NCBI GenBank assembly: GCA_002490835.1
Contig: DKUU01000020.1
Span: 5,696 to 69,695, forward strand
DNA length: 64,000 nucleotides
From: Lachnospiraceae bacterium UBA7196
GTDB taxonomy: Bacteria > Bacillota > Clostridia > Lachnospirales > Lachnospiraceae
Direction of reading: 5' to 3'
Both the position numbers and the translations under genes were made by a program. Below the pieces are notes generated by a model. It saw nothing but the letters and a program-made list of their open reading frames with translations, did not search any database and had not been told where the DNA came from. Of the stretch, positions 48,055 to 55,739 are shown piece by piece. Numbering within the stretch: position 1 is the first letter of the stretch; the number at the start of each line of letters is the position of its first letter.

Positions 48055-48075
48055 GGCGGCTTGATGAAAGCCGCC
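48055..48075 (+). terminator. Hairpin after the MCP gene
   Basis: 8-bp stem GGCGGCTT/AAGCCGCC with a 5-nt loop. The downstream T-tract is weak and not adjacent. Confidence 0.45.
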
Positions 48076-48105
48076 ATCCTTTGCTTATTTTTGCGATAAC
48101 GCCAC

Positions 48106-48134
48106 TTGACATTTTAGAAAAAAGACATTATAAT
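48106..48134 (+). promoter_or_regulatory. Sigma-A-type promoter for tRNA-Arg
   Basis: TTGACA (48106-48111), 17-nt spacer, TATAAT (48129-48134). It ends 19 nt upstream of the tRNA. Confidence 0.6.
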
Positions 48135-48152
48135 AACCATTGTTGTAAAGAT

Positions 48153-48226
48153 GTGCGCTTAGCTCAGCTGGATAGAGCGTTTGGCTACGGACCAAAAGGT
48201 CGGGGGTTCGAATCCTCTAGCGCACG
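48153..48226 (+). tRNA. tRNA-Arg, anticodon ACG
   Basis: Folded by hand. 7-bp acceptor stem GTGCGCT/AGCGCAC. D arm GCTC..GAGC. Anticodon stem TTTGG/CCAAA with loop CTACGGA. T arm GGGGG-TTCGAAT-CCTCT. Discriminator G. No encoded CCA. Confidence 0.9.
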
Positions 48227-48240
48227 GTGATATTTGGAAA

Positions 48241-48272
48241 ACGGGAATGCCGGTGAGGGCATTCCCGTTTTC
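48241..48272 (+). terminator. Rho-independent terminator after the tRNA
   Basis: 11-bp stem ACGGGAATGCC/GGCATTCCCGT with a 6-nt loop, followed by TTTTCG. Confidence 0.7.
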
Positions 48273-48348
48273 GCATGTATCGCTCTTTTCTTATGGAGAT
48301 AGATGTGATACGATAGAATCAAAAGAAGACGAAAGGGAAAATATAAAC

Positions 48349-48792
48349 GTGAGAGTGTATCTGGATAATTGCAGCTATAATCGTCCTTATGATGATCAAT
48401 CTCAGATGCGTGTTCATTTGGAAACACAGGCCAAGCTTCATATACAGGATATGATAAGGGAAAAACGAATAGAGCTTGTTACATCATATATCCTAGATTT
48501 TGAGAATAGCAATAATCGTTCCATGCAGAAAAGGATGGCAATTAAAAGATTTATGGAAGAATATGCTGCGCTTTATGTAAGTAATAGGAATGAGAATGAG
48601 ATAGCTGAGCTTGCTGACTCCATAATGGAGACGGGTATTAAGGAGAAGGATGCTTATCATGTGGCCTGTGCCATGATGGCACAATGCAATTACTTTGTTA
48701 CGACAGATGATCGACTTTTGAAGTATCGGTCAGACAAAATAGCTATGGTAACGCCGGAGGAATTTATTAGAAGAATGGAGGTGGAGGATTAA
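48349..48792 (+). CDS. PIN-domain protein (VapC-like putative toxin/RNase)
   Basis: GTG start at 48349, after GAAAGGGAAA. The track ORF begins inside the tRNA, so it is trimmed. PIN acidic signature is present: VYLDNC, LETQ, KDAYHVACAM and FVTTDDRLL. Confidence 0.75.
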   Translation: MRVYLDNCSYNRPYDDQSQMRVHLETQAKLHIQDMIREKRIELVTSYILDFENSNNRSMQKRMAIKRFMEEYAALYVSNRNENEIAELADSIMETGIKEKDAYHVACAMMAQCNYFVTTDDRLLKYRSDKIAMVTPEEFIRRMEVED

Positions 48793-49016
48793 TGGCTAAT
48801 GCGGTAAAGATTTTGGATCAGGGTTTTTCCTGTCTGGTGGATCATATGGGAGTGATTGATGCAGAATATTTTATTTCGTTGATTAAAAGAGACGATTTTG
48901 ATTATACAGTATGGCAGAGGGAATATTTTGATAAAATGAAGATTGGTGAGTTCGCGAAAAAGGCATCCGCTTATGCCGATGAACATCCGTATGCGGGGAA
49001 GGCGCAGGTCTTATAA
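48792..49016 (+). CDS. 74-aa partner protein of the PIN gene, family unknown
   Basis: The ATG overlaps the PIN stop by 1 nt (TAATG). No RHH or HTH motif recognised. Confidence 0.5.
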   Translation: MANAVKILDQGFSCLVDHMGVIDAEYFISLIKRDDFDYTVWQREYFDKMKIGEFAKKASAYADEHPYAGKAQVL

Positions 49017-49025
49017 ATTGAGGTT

Positions 49026-49060
49026 ACCACCACAGTTGAATTTTCAATGTGGTGGTTTTT
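49026..49060 (+). terminator. Rho-independent terminator
   Basis: Long hairpin ACCACCACA-g-TTGAA-tt-TTCAA-TGTGGTGGT, followed by TTTT. Confidence 0.72.
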
Positions 49061-49311
49061 CTATGTACTAATCCTCTGTTAAATCTATAAGTTTTCTCAG
49101 CTCTTTTGCTTCTTCCTCTGTAATGCCCTCCTGATAACTAGAACAAAGATAGCGATATTTACATTATCTCCCAACGTAACGAAAGTTTCAGAGCGTTTAT
49201 TATTGCAACGATTTACTTTGTTGCGTATAAGGTCGTAATATTTTGTGGTTGATTAACATGGAACTAGAGTTTATTAAAAAGATAAATTTACATTGCTTTT
49301 AAATTTTTTTA

Positions 49312-49359
49312 TTGACAAACTGTATATACTGTATATAATGTAATATATACAGTATATAC
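49312..49359 (+). promoter_or_regulatory. Sigma-A-type promoter overlapped by a perfect 16-bp inverted-repeat operator
   Basis: TTGACA (49312-49317), 16-nt spacer, TATAAT (49334-49339). The arms are GTATATACTGTATATA (49322-49337) and TATATACAGTATATAC (49344-49359), with a 6-bp spacer. Confidence 0.65.
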
Positions 49360-49409
49360 TGAAGGCGCTGCCTGTGACGACAGGGAGCGCAAAATAAGGG
49401 AGGCAAGAT

Positions 49410-49781
49410 TTGAAGATCATTATTTCAAACCAGTCGGAGTTGCCGATTTATGCGCAGATCAGAGAGCAGCTCAAGGAACAGATTCTAAACGGACAGATCC
49501 CCGAGGGGGAGACCCTTCCTTCGATCCGCCAATTGGCGAAGGAGATCGGTGTCAGTGTCATCACCACCACCCGCGCGTACAGCGAATTAGAGCAGGAAGG
49601 CTTTATTGCCACTATGCAGGGCAAGGGCAGCGTGGTGCTTGCCACGGACAATTCCCTTCTGCGGGAGCAGTATCTTCTGCGGATCGAGGAGGGGCTGAGC
49701 ACGGCGATTGAGACGGCGAAGGCGATGGGAATGTCCGGGGAGGAACTGCGGGATATCTTTAACAACTTATTGGAAACATAA
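49410..49781 (+). CDS. GntR-family transcriptional regulator, YtrA-like short subfamily
   Basis: TTG start after AAGGGAGG. 123 aa. wHTH has LPSIRQLAKEIGVSVITTTRAYSELEQEGFI. The C-terminal domain is short. Confidence 0.88.
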   Translation: MKIIISNQSELPIYAQIREQLKEQILNGQIPEGETLPSIRQLAKEIGVSVITTTRAYSELEQEGFIATMQGKGSVVLATDNSLLREQYLLRIEEGLSTAIETAKAMGMSGEELRDIFNNLLET

Positions 49782-49834
49782 GGAAAGAGAAAACCGCTGC
49801 GAATTTCGGAGAGAAGTCAGGAGGGAAGAAGAAT

Positions 49835-50683
49835 ATGGAACTATTGGAAGTAAAAAATCTGTCGAAACAATATAAAAATTTTTCTTTACAGAATATCAGC
49901 TTTACCCTGCCCAAGGGCTATATCATGGGCTATGTAGGAGCCAACGGTTCGGGAAAGACCACGACCTTAAACCTGATCACGGGCCTCCAGAAAGCAAACG
50001 GGGGAGAAGTATTTATCGACGGGCTTTCCCGCGAGGAGGACGAGCGGGCATATAAGGAGAAAATCGGCTTTGTGGGGGACGACTGCTATTTTCCCGGCGA
50101 TTTTAAGATCAAACATATCCGCCGCGCACTGCAGGACTTTTATCCGACCTTTTCCAGAGAGAAATTTGACGGATTTATCCGTGACTGGAAGCTGCCGGAG
50201 AATAAAGCGACCAAGGATTTTTCCAGAGGCATGAAGGTTCTGTTGATGTTTGCGTCGGTGTTTGCCAGACAGACGAAACTCCTGGTGTTAGACGAGGCGA
50301 CGAATGGCCTTGATCCGGTGATGCGGGCGGATGTGGTGAAACTGTTGCAGGAATATGTGATGGACGGGGAGCGGAGCGTGATCTTCTCTACCCATATCTT
50401 GAGCGACTTGGAGCAGATCGCGGACTATATCTATTTTATTCACGAAGGCAGGACGGTCCTCTACGAGGCGAAGGATGAGCTGATCGAGAGTTTCCTGCTG
50501 GTAAAGGGCGAGACCGCGAAGATTCCGCCGGCACTGAAAAAGGAGCTGATCGGGGTGGATGAGAATGCCTACGGTTTTGAGGCGATCCTGCCCAGCGATA
50601 AGGCGGGGCTTTTAGGGAATGCGTTCCTTTATGAAAAGCCGACCATCGATCAGATTGTGATACACTATATCAAAAGTGCCTGA
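49835..50683 (+). CDS. ABC transporter ATP-binding protein
   Basis: Walker A GANGSGKTT, signature FSRGMKVLL, Walker B LLVLDEATNGLD, H-loop STHIL. Confidence 0.9.
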   Translation: MELLEVKNLSKQYKNFSLQNISFTLPKGYIMGYVGANGSGKTTTLNLITGLQKANGGEVFIDGLSREEDERAYKEKIGFVGDDCYFPGDFKIKHIRRALQDFYPTFSREKFDGFIRDWKLPENKATKDFSRGMKVLLMFASVFARQTKLLVLDEATNGLDPVMRADVVKLLQEYVMDGERSVIFSTHILSDLEQIADYIYFIHEGRTVLYEAKDELIESFLLVKGETAKIPPALKKELIGVDENAYGFEAILPSDKAGLLGNAFLYEKPTIDQIVIHYIKSA

Positions 50684-50862
50684 TGAGTGATATAATATTC
50701 GCGATGGCAATGAGCAGTGCACAGACGTAAGATGAAAAAATGGCAGCTTGCTGACAATTTTTTCAGATTGCGGATGTATAGGGCGAAGCCCGCGAGCGAG
50801 GAAAACCGTAGGTTTTTCGAGCGTATACTGCGGAGATGATATAATAAAAAGGAGAAACCAAG

Positions 50863-51549
50863 ATGAGAGCATTATATTATACGAAGATAGACTATATGTT
50901 GACGAGAAAGCAACTGCGTATCCTGCCGCTCTTTTTCCTGTTGGCGCTGCTGATGGGCAGAAATGCGGGTGTAGGAGACATGTCCCTGCCGGTGGCGTGT
51001 GCCTATGTGCTGTTTATATCATCCATTTTTTCAACGGCGCCGTTTGCGTACTCCGGCGGGAAAAACAGGGGCTTTCTGCTGCTGTTTCCAGCGACAGTAA
51101 CAGACAGGGTGGCGGGACGGTTTCTGTTCGGTTTGTCATTTATAGGGCTGCTGGGACTGTGCTGCGGCGCGATTTTTGGTGTCTGCGGGATGATGGGAGT
51201 GGAGATTCCACGCTGGACGATTGGCGTGGGGTTGTGCGAACTGGCGGTCGGGATCGTGCTGGTAACGCTGCAGAACCTGTTTTTCTTTCTGTTCGGAGAA
51301 GGAAAAGATAACTGGCAGTACCTCAATAATCTCGTGAGAACGCTGCCGGGGATCGTGATGTTTTTTGGGGCGAGTAGTATGGCAGGGATAGTGCAGGATG
51401 AGGTAGCCGCCGGCACGCTGCCGGATCTGGAAACCGTGTCCGGAATGCTGATGCAGGCGGGCGTACTTTCCATGGCGGCGGCGCTGCTTTTGACGGTGAT
51501 TGCGGCGGCGGTCTGCGCGAAGGTGATCGGCAAGCGGGATTATGCGTGA
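50863..51549 (+). CDS. Membrane protein, putative permease partner of the YtrA-type ABC module
   Basis: About 6 TM helices, with operon context. No motif recognised. There is a 179-nt gap after the ATPase gene. Confidence 0.6.
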   Translation: MRALYYTKIDYMLTRKQLRILPLFFLLALLMGRNAGVGDMSLPVACAYVLFISSIFSTAPFAYSGGKNRGFLLLFPATVTDRVAGRFLFGLSFIGLLGLCCGAIFGVCGMMGVEIPRWTIGVGLCELAVGIVLVTLQNLFFFLFGEGKDNWQYLNNLVRTLPGIVMFFGASSMAGIVQDEVAAGTLPDLETVSGMLMQAGVLSMAAALLLTVIAAAVCAKVIGKRDYA

Positions 51550-51789
51550 GCGCCTGCAGGGTTTGACATGGAGAAAAGTATGATACCTTTTTTGCTGTAC
51601 AAGAAGTTTTCAATTGATTCCGACAAGTCACCGGAGGAGGTGCGCCGCATCATGGAGGCAGAGACGAAGCGGTCCGGCGAGAATGGCGAAGCGGAAGCTG
51701 GAAGGGATGTTTGGAAATGCGGACATATAAAATGTTGTGTGTAGTAAATTTGGGTACATGACATGAATGTCATAAATGTAATGGTGAAT

Positions 51790-51817
51790 AAGGGAGCTGT
51801 CGGCTCCCTTATTTTTA
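51790..51817 (+). terminator. Rho-independent terminator
   Basis: Stem AAGGGAGC/GCTCCCTT with a 5-nt loop, followed by ATTTTTAT. Confidence 0.65.
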
Positions 51818-51841
51818 TGTTTTGAAAAAATTTATCAAAAA

Positions 51842-51868
51842 TGAAACTTTCGGCAAGTTTGAATCGTA
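51842..51868 (+). promoter_or_regulatory. ECF-type promoter (TGAAAC-N17-CGTA) upstream of the ECF sigma gene
   Basis: TGAAAC (51842-51847), 17-nt spacer, CGTA (51865-51868). It resembles the Bacillus SigW-class consensus TGAAAC-N16-CGTA and lies 88 nt upstream of the ATG. Confidence 0.45.
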
Positions 51869-51955
51869 TTATAAGTAGGACGACAAGACAATATATGTTA
51901 AGATGAAGGTGCTTGGAATGTAGAGCGACTTATTGACAGAAGGAAGCACGAGAGG

Positions 51956-52456
51956 ATGGAGCAGAAGTGGGGCTATCTGGCGGATGAGTACAGGGCTATG
52001 CTGTATCGGATCGCTTTCTCGAACATGAAGAATCGTGCGGACGCCGAAGACGCGGTGCAGGAGACCTTCCTGCGCTATATGAAGGGCGATGCGCCGATTC
52101 AGAACAAGGAACATGAGAAAGCATGGCTCATACGAACCACCATTCATATTTGTCTGGATATTTTGAAGAGCGGCTGGTATCAGAGGACGGTGTCCTTGGA
52201 CGAGTCTTTCACGAGTGCGGCAAAAAATATCTATCTGCCTTATCAGATCAGGGACGATCTGACGCTTGAGGCGGTGCTGCGGCTGCCGACGCATTACAGG
52301 AACCCGATTTACCTTTTTTATTATGAGGATTACACGATCCACGAGATTGCGGGTATCCTCAATGAGAAGGAAGGAACGATCAAGACAAGGCTGCGCAGGG
52401 GCAGGGAGGAAGTTAAAAAGATTCTCACGGAAGGAAACACGGAAAGGAGGCCGTAA
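51956..52456 (+). CDS. ECF-type sigma-70-family RNA polymerase sigma factor
   Basis: Region 2 has DAEDAVQETFLRY. Region 4 HTH has YTIHEIAGILNEKEGTIKTRLRRGR. Confidence 0.86.
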   Translation: MEQKWGYLADEYRAMLYRIAFSNMKNRADAEDAVQETFLRYMKGDAPIQNKEHEKAWLIRTTIHICLDILKSGWYQRTVSLDESFTSAAKNIYLPYQIRDDLTLEAVLRLPTHYRNPIYLFYYEDYTIHEIAGILNEKEGTIKTRLRRGREEVKKILTEGNTERRP

Positions 52457-52458
52457 CC

Positions 52459-53010
52459 ATGAGTATACAAGAGGTACAGGGGGCAAAGGAAGCGCCGGCA
52501 TATCAGAAAAAGAAAAAGACAGGCGGTGGGGAGGGCTTTCAGGAAAGCCTTCTGCAAAACCTAAGATCCAGAGAAAATGAAGAAGAGACAACTGCGGATT
52601 CCGCGCAGGGAGGAAAGCGGACGAAGGAGCCGTCCGAGACGGCCAGAATCGGCGTGACAGGCAGTGTGCGGGTGAATGCGGCCATGTTGACGGAGGCTGT
52701 GCAGACGGTGAAGGTGCGGCATATGCGTTATGAGGAGAGCGACCATGTAGAGATCGCGGTGACAGAAGGATATACCCTGAAAGGGAAACGTCTGGATGAC
52801 GCGGAGGATGCGGTGCGTGAGCAGCATGAGGATATGACAGATGTGTCAGAATATAATGCTGCGGAAGGCCAAAATAGAAGCAGGGTCTACGTGGAAGCAA
52901 AGTATGAGGACGGCAGAGTGGAGGCTTATCAGGTGGATGTGGGAAGGGTATCTGACAACACGGACCATATGATTGAGCGTTTTGCACTGGAAACGGTGCG
53001 GGAAGCGTAA
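52459..53010 (+). CDS. Hypothetical soluble acidic protein in the position of an anti-sigma factor
   Basis: Starts 2 nt after the sigma stop, with GGAGG RBS. No TM helix and no zinc-finger (HxxxCxxC) motif seen. Confidence 0.5.
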   Translation: MSIQEVQGAKEAPAYQKKKKTGGGEGFQESLLQNLRSRENEEETTADSAQGGKRTKEPSETARIGVTGSVRVNAAMLTEAVQTVKVRHMRYEESDHVEIAVTEGYTLKGKRLDDAEDAVREQHEDMTDVSEYNAAEGQNRSRVYVEAKYEDGRVEAYQVDVGRVSDNTDHMIERFALETVREA

Positions 53011-53035
53011 AAGCAGCGCAGAAAGGGAGATAACT

Positions 53036-53707
53036 ATGATCAACAATGACAGTTACCTGTGGAACAGGACATTCAACACGACAAATAATACAGCGCAGCA
53101 GCTGGCGAAGCAGATGAAGACGGCCAATCAGATGAAGAAGTCCGGAATGGAGGGAGTCGTCGATCCGGAAAGTTTTGCCGCGAAATTAAAGCGGGCTGAC
53201 GAATATGCAGCGTCGGGGGAGCATCACAGCGCGACTGATTCGATCGGCATTATGCTGCGGCAGATGGATGAGCCTGAGGCGGGCCAACCGGTGACCCAAG
53301 AGTTTTTTCATAACGGCGCGCGCGTTTCCATCACGAAGGACGCTATGTATGGAAACACCATTATTATCGGCGGCAGCGCGAATCCGGATTTGATCCATGT
53401 AAGCACTTCGGTGGGGACCGTTATCATCGATCTCAATGATATGACCAGCCTGATGAAGTGTTTGGATCTGTTTTCACCGGAGGATGTCAACGCCATTCTG
53501 AGGAAGATTCAGGAAGTGAAGCAGGCAAGAGAGGCGATGAGCCAGATTGACCGTATGCAGGATGAACTGATAAAGAACGGCCGAAAAGACGATGAGGACG
53601 GCGGGAAAGACAGCGGTGAGCAGTCTGTGAGCGAGGCCGTGGGTGTGGTCAGCGCGGAGGAAATGCGCGAGATCGAAGAGGGACGGGAGAAGAAATTTAT
53701 CGGGTGA
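53036..53707 (+). CDS. Hypothetical soluble protein (223 aa)
   Basis: Start at ATG 53036, after AGGGAGA. No TM helix. The C-terminus is an acidic coiled-coil-like tail. No family recognised. Confidence 0.5.
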   Translation: MINNDSYLWNRTFNTTNNTAQQLAKQMKTANQMKKSGMEGVVDPESFAAKLKRADEYAASGEHHSATDSIGIMLRQMDEPEAGQPVTQEFFHNGARVSITKDAMYGNTIIIGGSANPDLIHVSTSVGTVIIDLNDMTSLMKCLDLFSPEDVNAILRKIQEVKQAREAMSQIDRMQDELIKNGRKDDEDGGKDSGEQSVSEAVGVVSAEEMREIEEGREKKFIG

Positions 53708-53781
53708 TCTGCTTGCTTTCGTGAGAAGAACGGTGATACAATAAACACGAATCTTACGAAAAAGGAGCGGTGTACGGACCG

Positions 53782-54624
53782 ATGCAGAAAAAAATAGCGG
53801 TAATCAATGACATTGCGGGATACGGAAGATGCGCCATGACGGTGCTTCTTCCGATCATTTCTTATCTGGGGGTGCAGGCATGTCCGGTGCTTACCTCCGT
53901 GTTTTCGAGTAATACGGCTTTTCCCCATTTTTTTATGGATGATTATACGGACCGGATGGAAGCCTATCTGGCGAGCTGGGAAAAAATCGGCCTGAAACAG
54001 AAGTTTGACGGTATTGCAACCGGATATCTGGGCTCCGTCAGGCAGATTGAGATCGTGAAGCGCTTTGTGAAGGAATTTTCCGGCAAGGATACTCTTGTGA
54101 TCGTGGACCCGGTGATGGGGGATCATGGGCGTCTATACTCTGCCTATACGGTAGAGTTATGTACAGAACTCAGGGAACTGGTGGCACTGGCGGATATCGT
54201 TACGCCGAACCTGACGGAGGCCTGCCACCTTGCCGGCATGCCTTACAAAGATAAGGGCTGGAAGCGGAAAGAACTGTTCGAACTGGCCGGGCGGCTTGCC
54301 GCGATGGGACCTTCCCATGTCGTCATTACAGGGATTCCGCAGGGAGAATACCTTGCGAACTATGTGTTTGTGAAAAAGCCGGGGGAAGAGGTGGAAGCGC
54401 GGCTGATCCGCATCCATAAGGCGGGAGAGGAGCGGTGCAGTACGGGAGATGTGTTTACCGCCGTGATCGCGGCGGATGCTGTAAACGGCCTTCCCTTCGA
54501 CCGGTCTGTCAGGAAGGCTGCCGGTTTTGTGAAACGGTGCGTAGAGGAGGCGGTGACGCTTGGGACGCCGCCTGCGGAAGGGGTGCCGTTTGAGAATATT
54601 CTGTATCAGTTGAAGAGGGGCTGA
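53782..54624 (+). CDS. Pyridoxal/pyridoxamine kinase (ribokinase superfamily)
   Basis: Motifs INDIAGYGRC, IATGYLGS, VDPVMGDHG, TPNLTEA and STGDVFTA. The start is uncertain: ATG 53782 or GTG 53770. Confidence 0.78.
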   Translation: MQKKIAVINDIAGYGRCAMTVLLPIISYLGVQACPVLTSVFSSNTAFPHFFMDDYTDRMEAYLASWEKIGLKQKFDGIATGYLGSVRQIEIVKRFVKEFSGKDTLVIVDPVMGDHGRLYSAYTVELCTELRELVALADIVTPNLTEACHLAGMPYKDKGWKRKELFELAGRLAAMGPSHVVITGIPQGEYLANYVFVKKPGEEVEARLIRIHKAGEERCSTGDVFTAVIAADAVNGLPFDRSVRKAAGFVKRCVEEAVTLGTPPAEGVPFENILYQLKRG

Positions 54625-54640
54625 GCAGTGCGCGCACTGC

Positions 54641-55471
54641 TCAACTGGATAACGGGTACTCGAGTTCAAACGGATAGCCGTCCTTTTTATTTTTTTCAGA
54701 TAGCGTGTCCGTCTCGATCACGCAGAAATCGTCGCTCTTAATAACTTCTTTCATTTCTTCACGGATTGTTTCAAAGTCTGCCACATGGGTAGAGATTCTG
54801 CGGCAGGCGAAGCTTCCCTCATTGATGGTGCGGACGCTCTGCGCTACATCTTCCGAAGCGGGGGCGTCGCCGGTGATCGTGAGGAACATATGCCGTCTGT
54901 ACTGTCCGTTTCTGTATTCATGCAGCACGCCGGAAGGGTAAGCCACCACCGTGCCCATCTGCTGTGCGGTGACAAAGAGCTTTAAGATGTATTGCCCGTA
55001 ATATTTCGGTACATCCATTTCTTCCAGAGGAACGGTGAGCATCCGGCGGGTCACGATCTCGTTGTGGTAGAAGCCGTCCGGCAGCAGGACGCCGCTCTTG
55101 CTCTCCGGAATCTTTGCCAGTCCCGTCACGGAGCTTGCCATATTCTGCAGGGTCTCCTGCAGGGTGGCCAGACAGTTATGGATGTCGAGGATCTTCTGCT
55201 CGGCAAGGATCTTGCCGTCGTAGAGGAGCTTCTGCAGATTAATGGAAGAGTTCTCCACGTAGTTATTAAGGTCCTTTAAAGGGATGCCCAGCTTGATACA
55301 GACTGTGATCGCGTCCAAAAGGTAAAGCTGCTCGTTGGTATAGTAGCGGTAATTGGTCTCCGTATTGACAAAGGCAGGCTTCAGAATCCCGATTTGATCA
55401 TAGTAACGCAGGGATTTGATGCTCACGTTTTTTAATTTGGAAACTTTTCCGATGGACATATACTGACTCAT
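54641..55471 (-). CDS. MerR-family regulator with a GyrI-like effector-binding domain
   Basis: N-terminal HTH has IGKVSKLKNVSIKSLRYYDQIGILKP. A coiled coil follows, then a C-terminal domain of about 150 aa typical of BmrR-like proteins. Confidence 0.85.
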   Translation of the reverse strand: MSQYMSIGKVSKLKNVSIKSLRYYDQIGILKPAFVNTETNYRYYTNEQLYLLDAITVCIKLGIPLKDLNNYVENSSINLQKLLYDGKILAEQKILDIHNCLATLQETLQNMASSVTGLAKIPESKSGVLLPDGFYHNEIVTRRMLTVPLEEMDVPKYYGQYILKLFVTAQQMGTVVAYPSGVLHEYRNGQYRRHMFLTITGDAPASEDVAQSVRTINEGSFACRRISTHVADFETIREEMKEVIKSDDFCVIETDTLSEKNKKDGYPFELEYPLSS

Positions 55472-55739
55472 GGTTTATGCTCCTATAATGGAATAGATTA
55501 TCTTGAATTTCTCATAATTTGATTTCATCAAGTTCCAAACTATAACCCATTGGTAGAGTTCGGTAAGTCATATTTTGTCACAAATGTTTTGAGAAAACAA
55601 GTCCTTTTGGGAAACTAGTGGTGAGGAAAATTTGAGCCACAATATGCTGTATGGGTGTATGAAAAAGAGAAGATTGTTTTCTGCTTTTCCATCGGTTATA
55701 ATTTAGGCATAGAAAAACGCTTCGGAATGGAGGAGAACT

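Noticed and set aside
48181-48348. The 5' extension of the PIN ORF in the track, which starts inside the tRNA gene.
   Set aside because: It overlaps the tRNA and its terminator. A GTG at 48349 preceded by GAAAGGGAAA gives a PIN protein of normal length, about 147 aa.
49070-49077. The 8-nt string AATCCTCT repeats the tRNA-Arg T-arm segment at 48211-48218. It could be an att-site remnant bounding the low-GC islet.
   Set aside because: Eight nucleotides are expected by chance about once per strand in 64 kb, and no integrase or longer direct repeat supports it. It is kept only as a weak hint under the islet finding.
51568-51744. A 58-codon ORF after the YtrA-type ABC operon, ending in a Cys-rich tail (KCGHIKCCV). 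I considered it as a RiPP or bacteriocin precursor.
   Set aside because: There is no convincing RBS and no modification enzyme, leader-peptidase or immunity context. The N-terminal part reads like the start of a longer soluble protein, so a truncated gene remnant is more likely.
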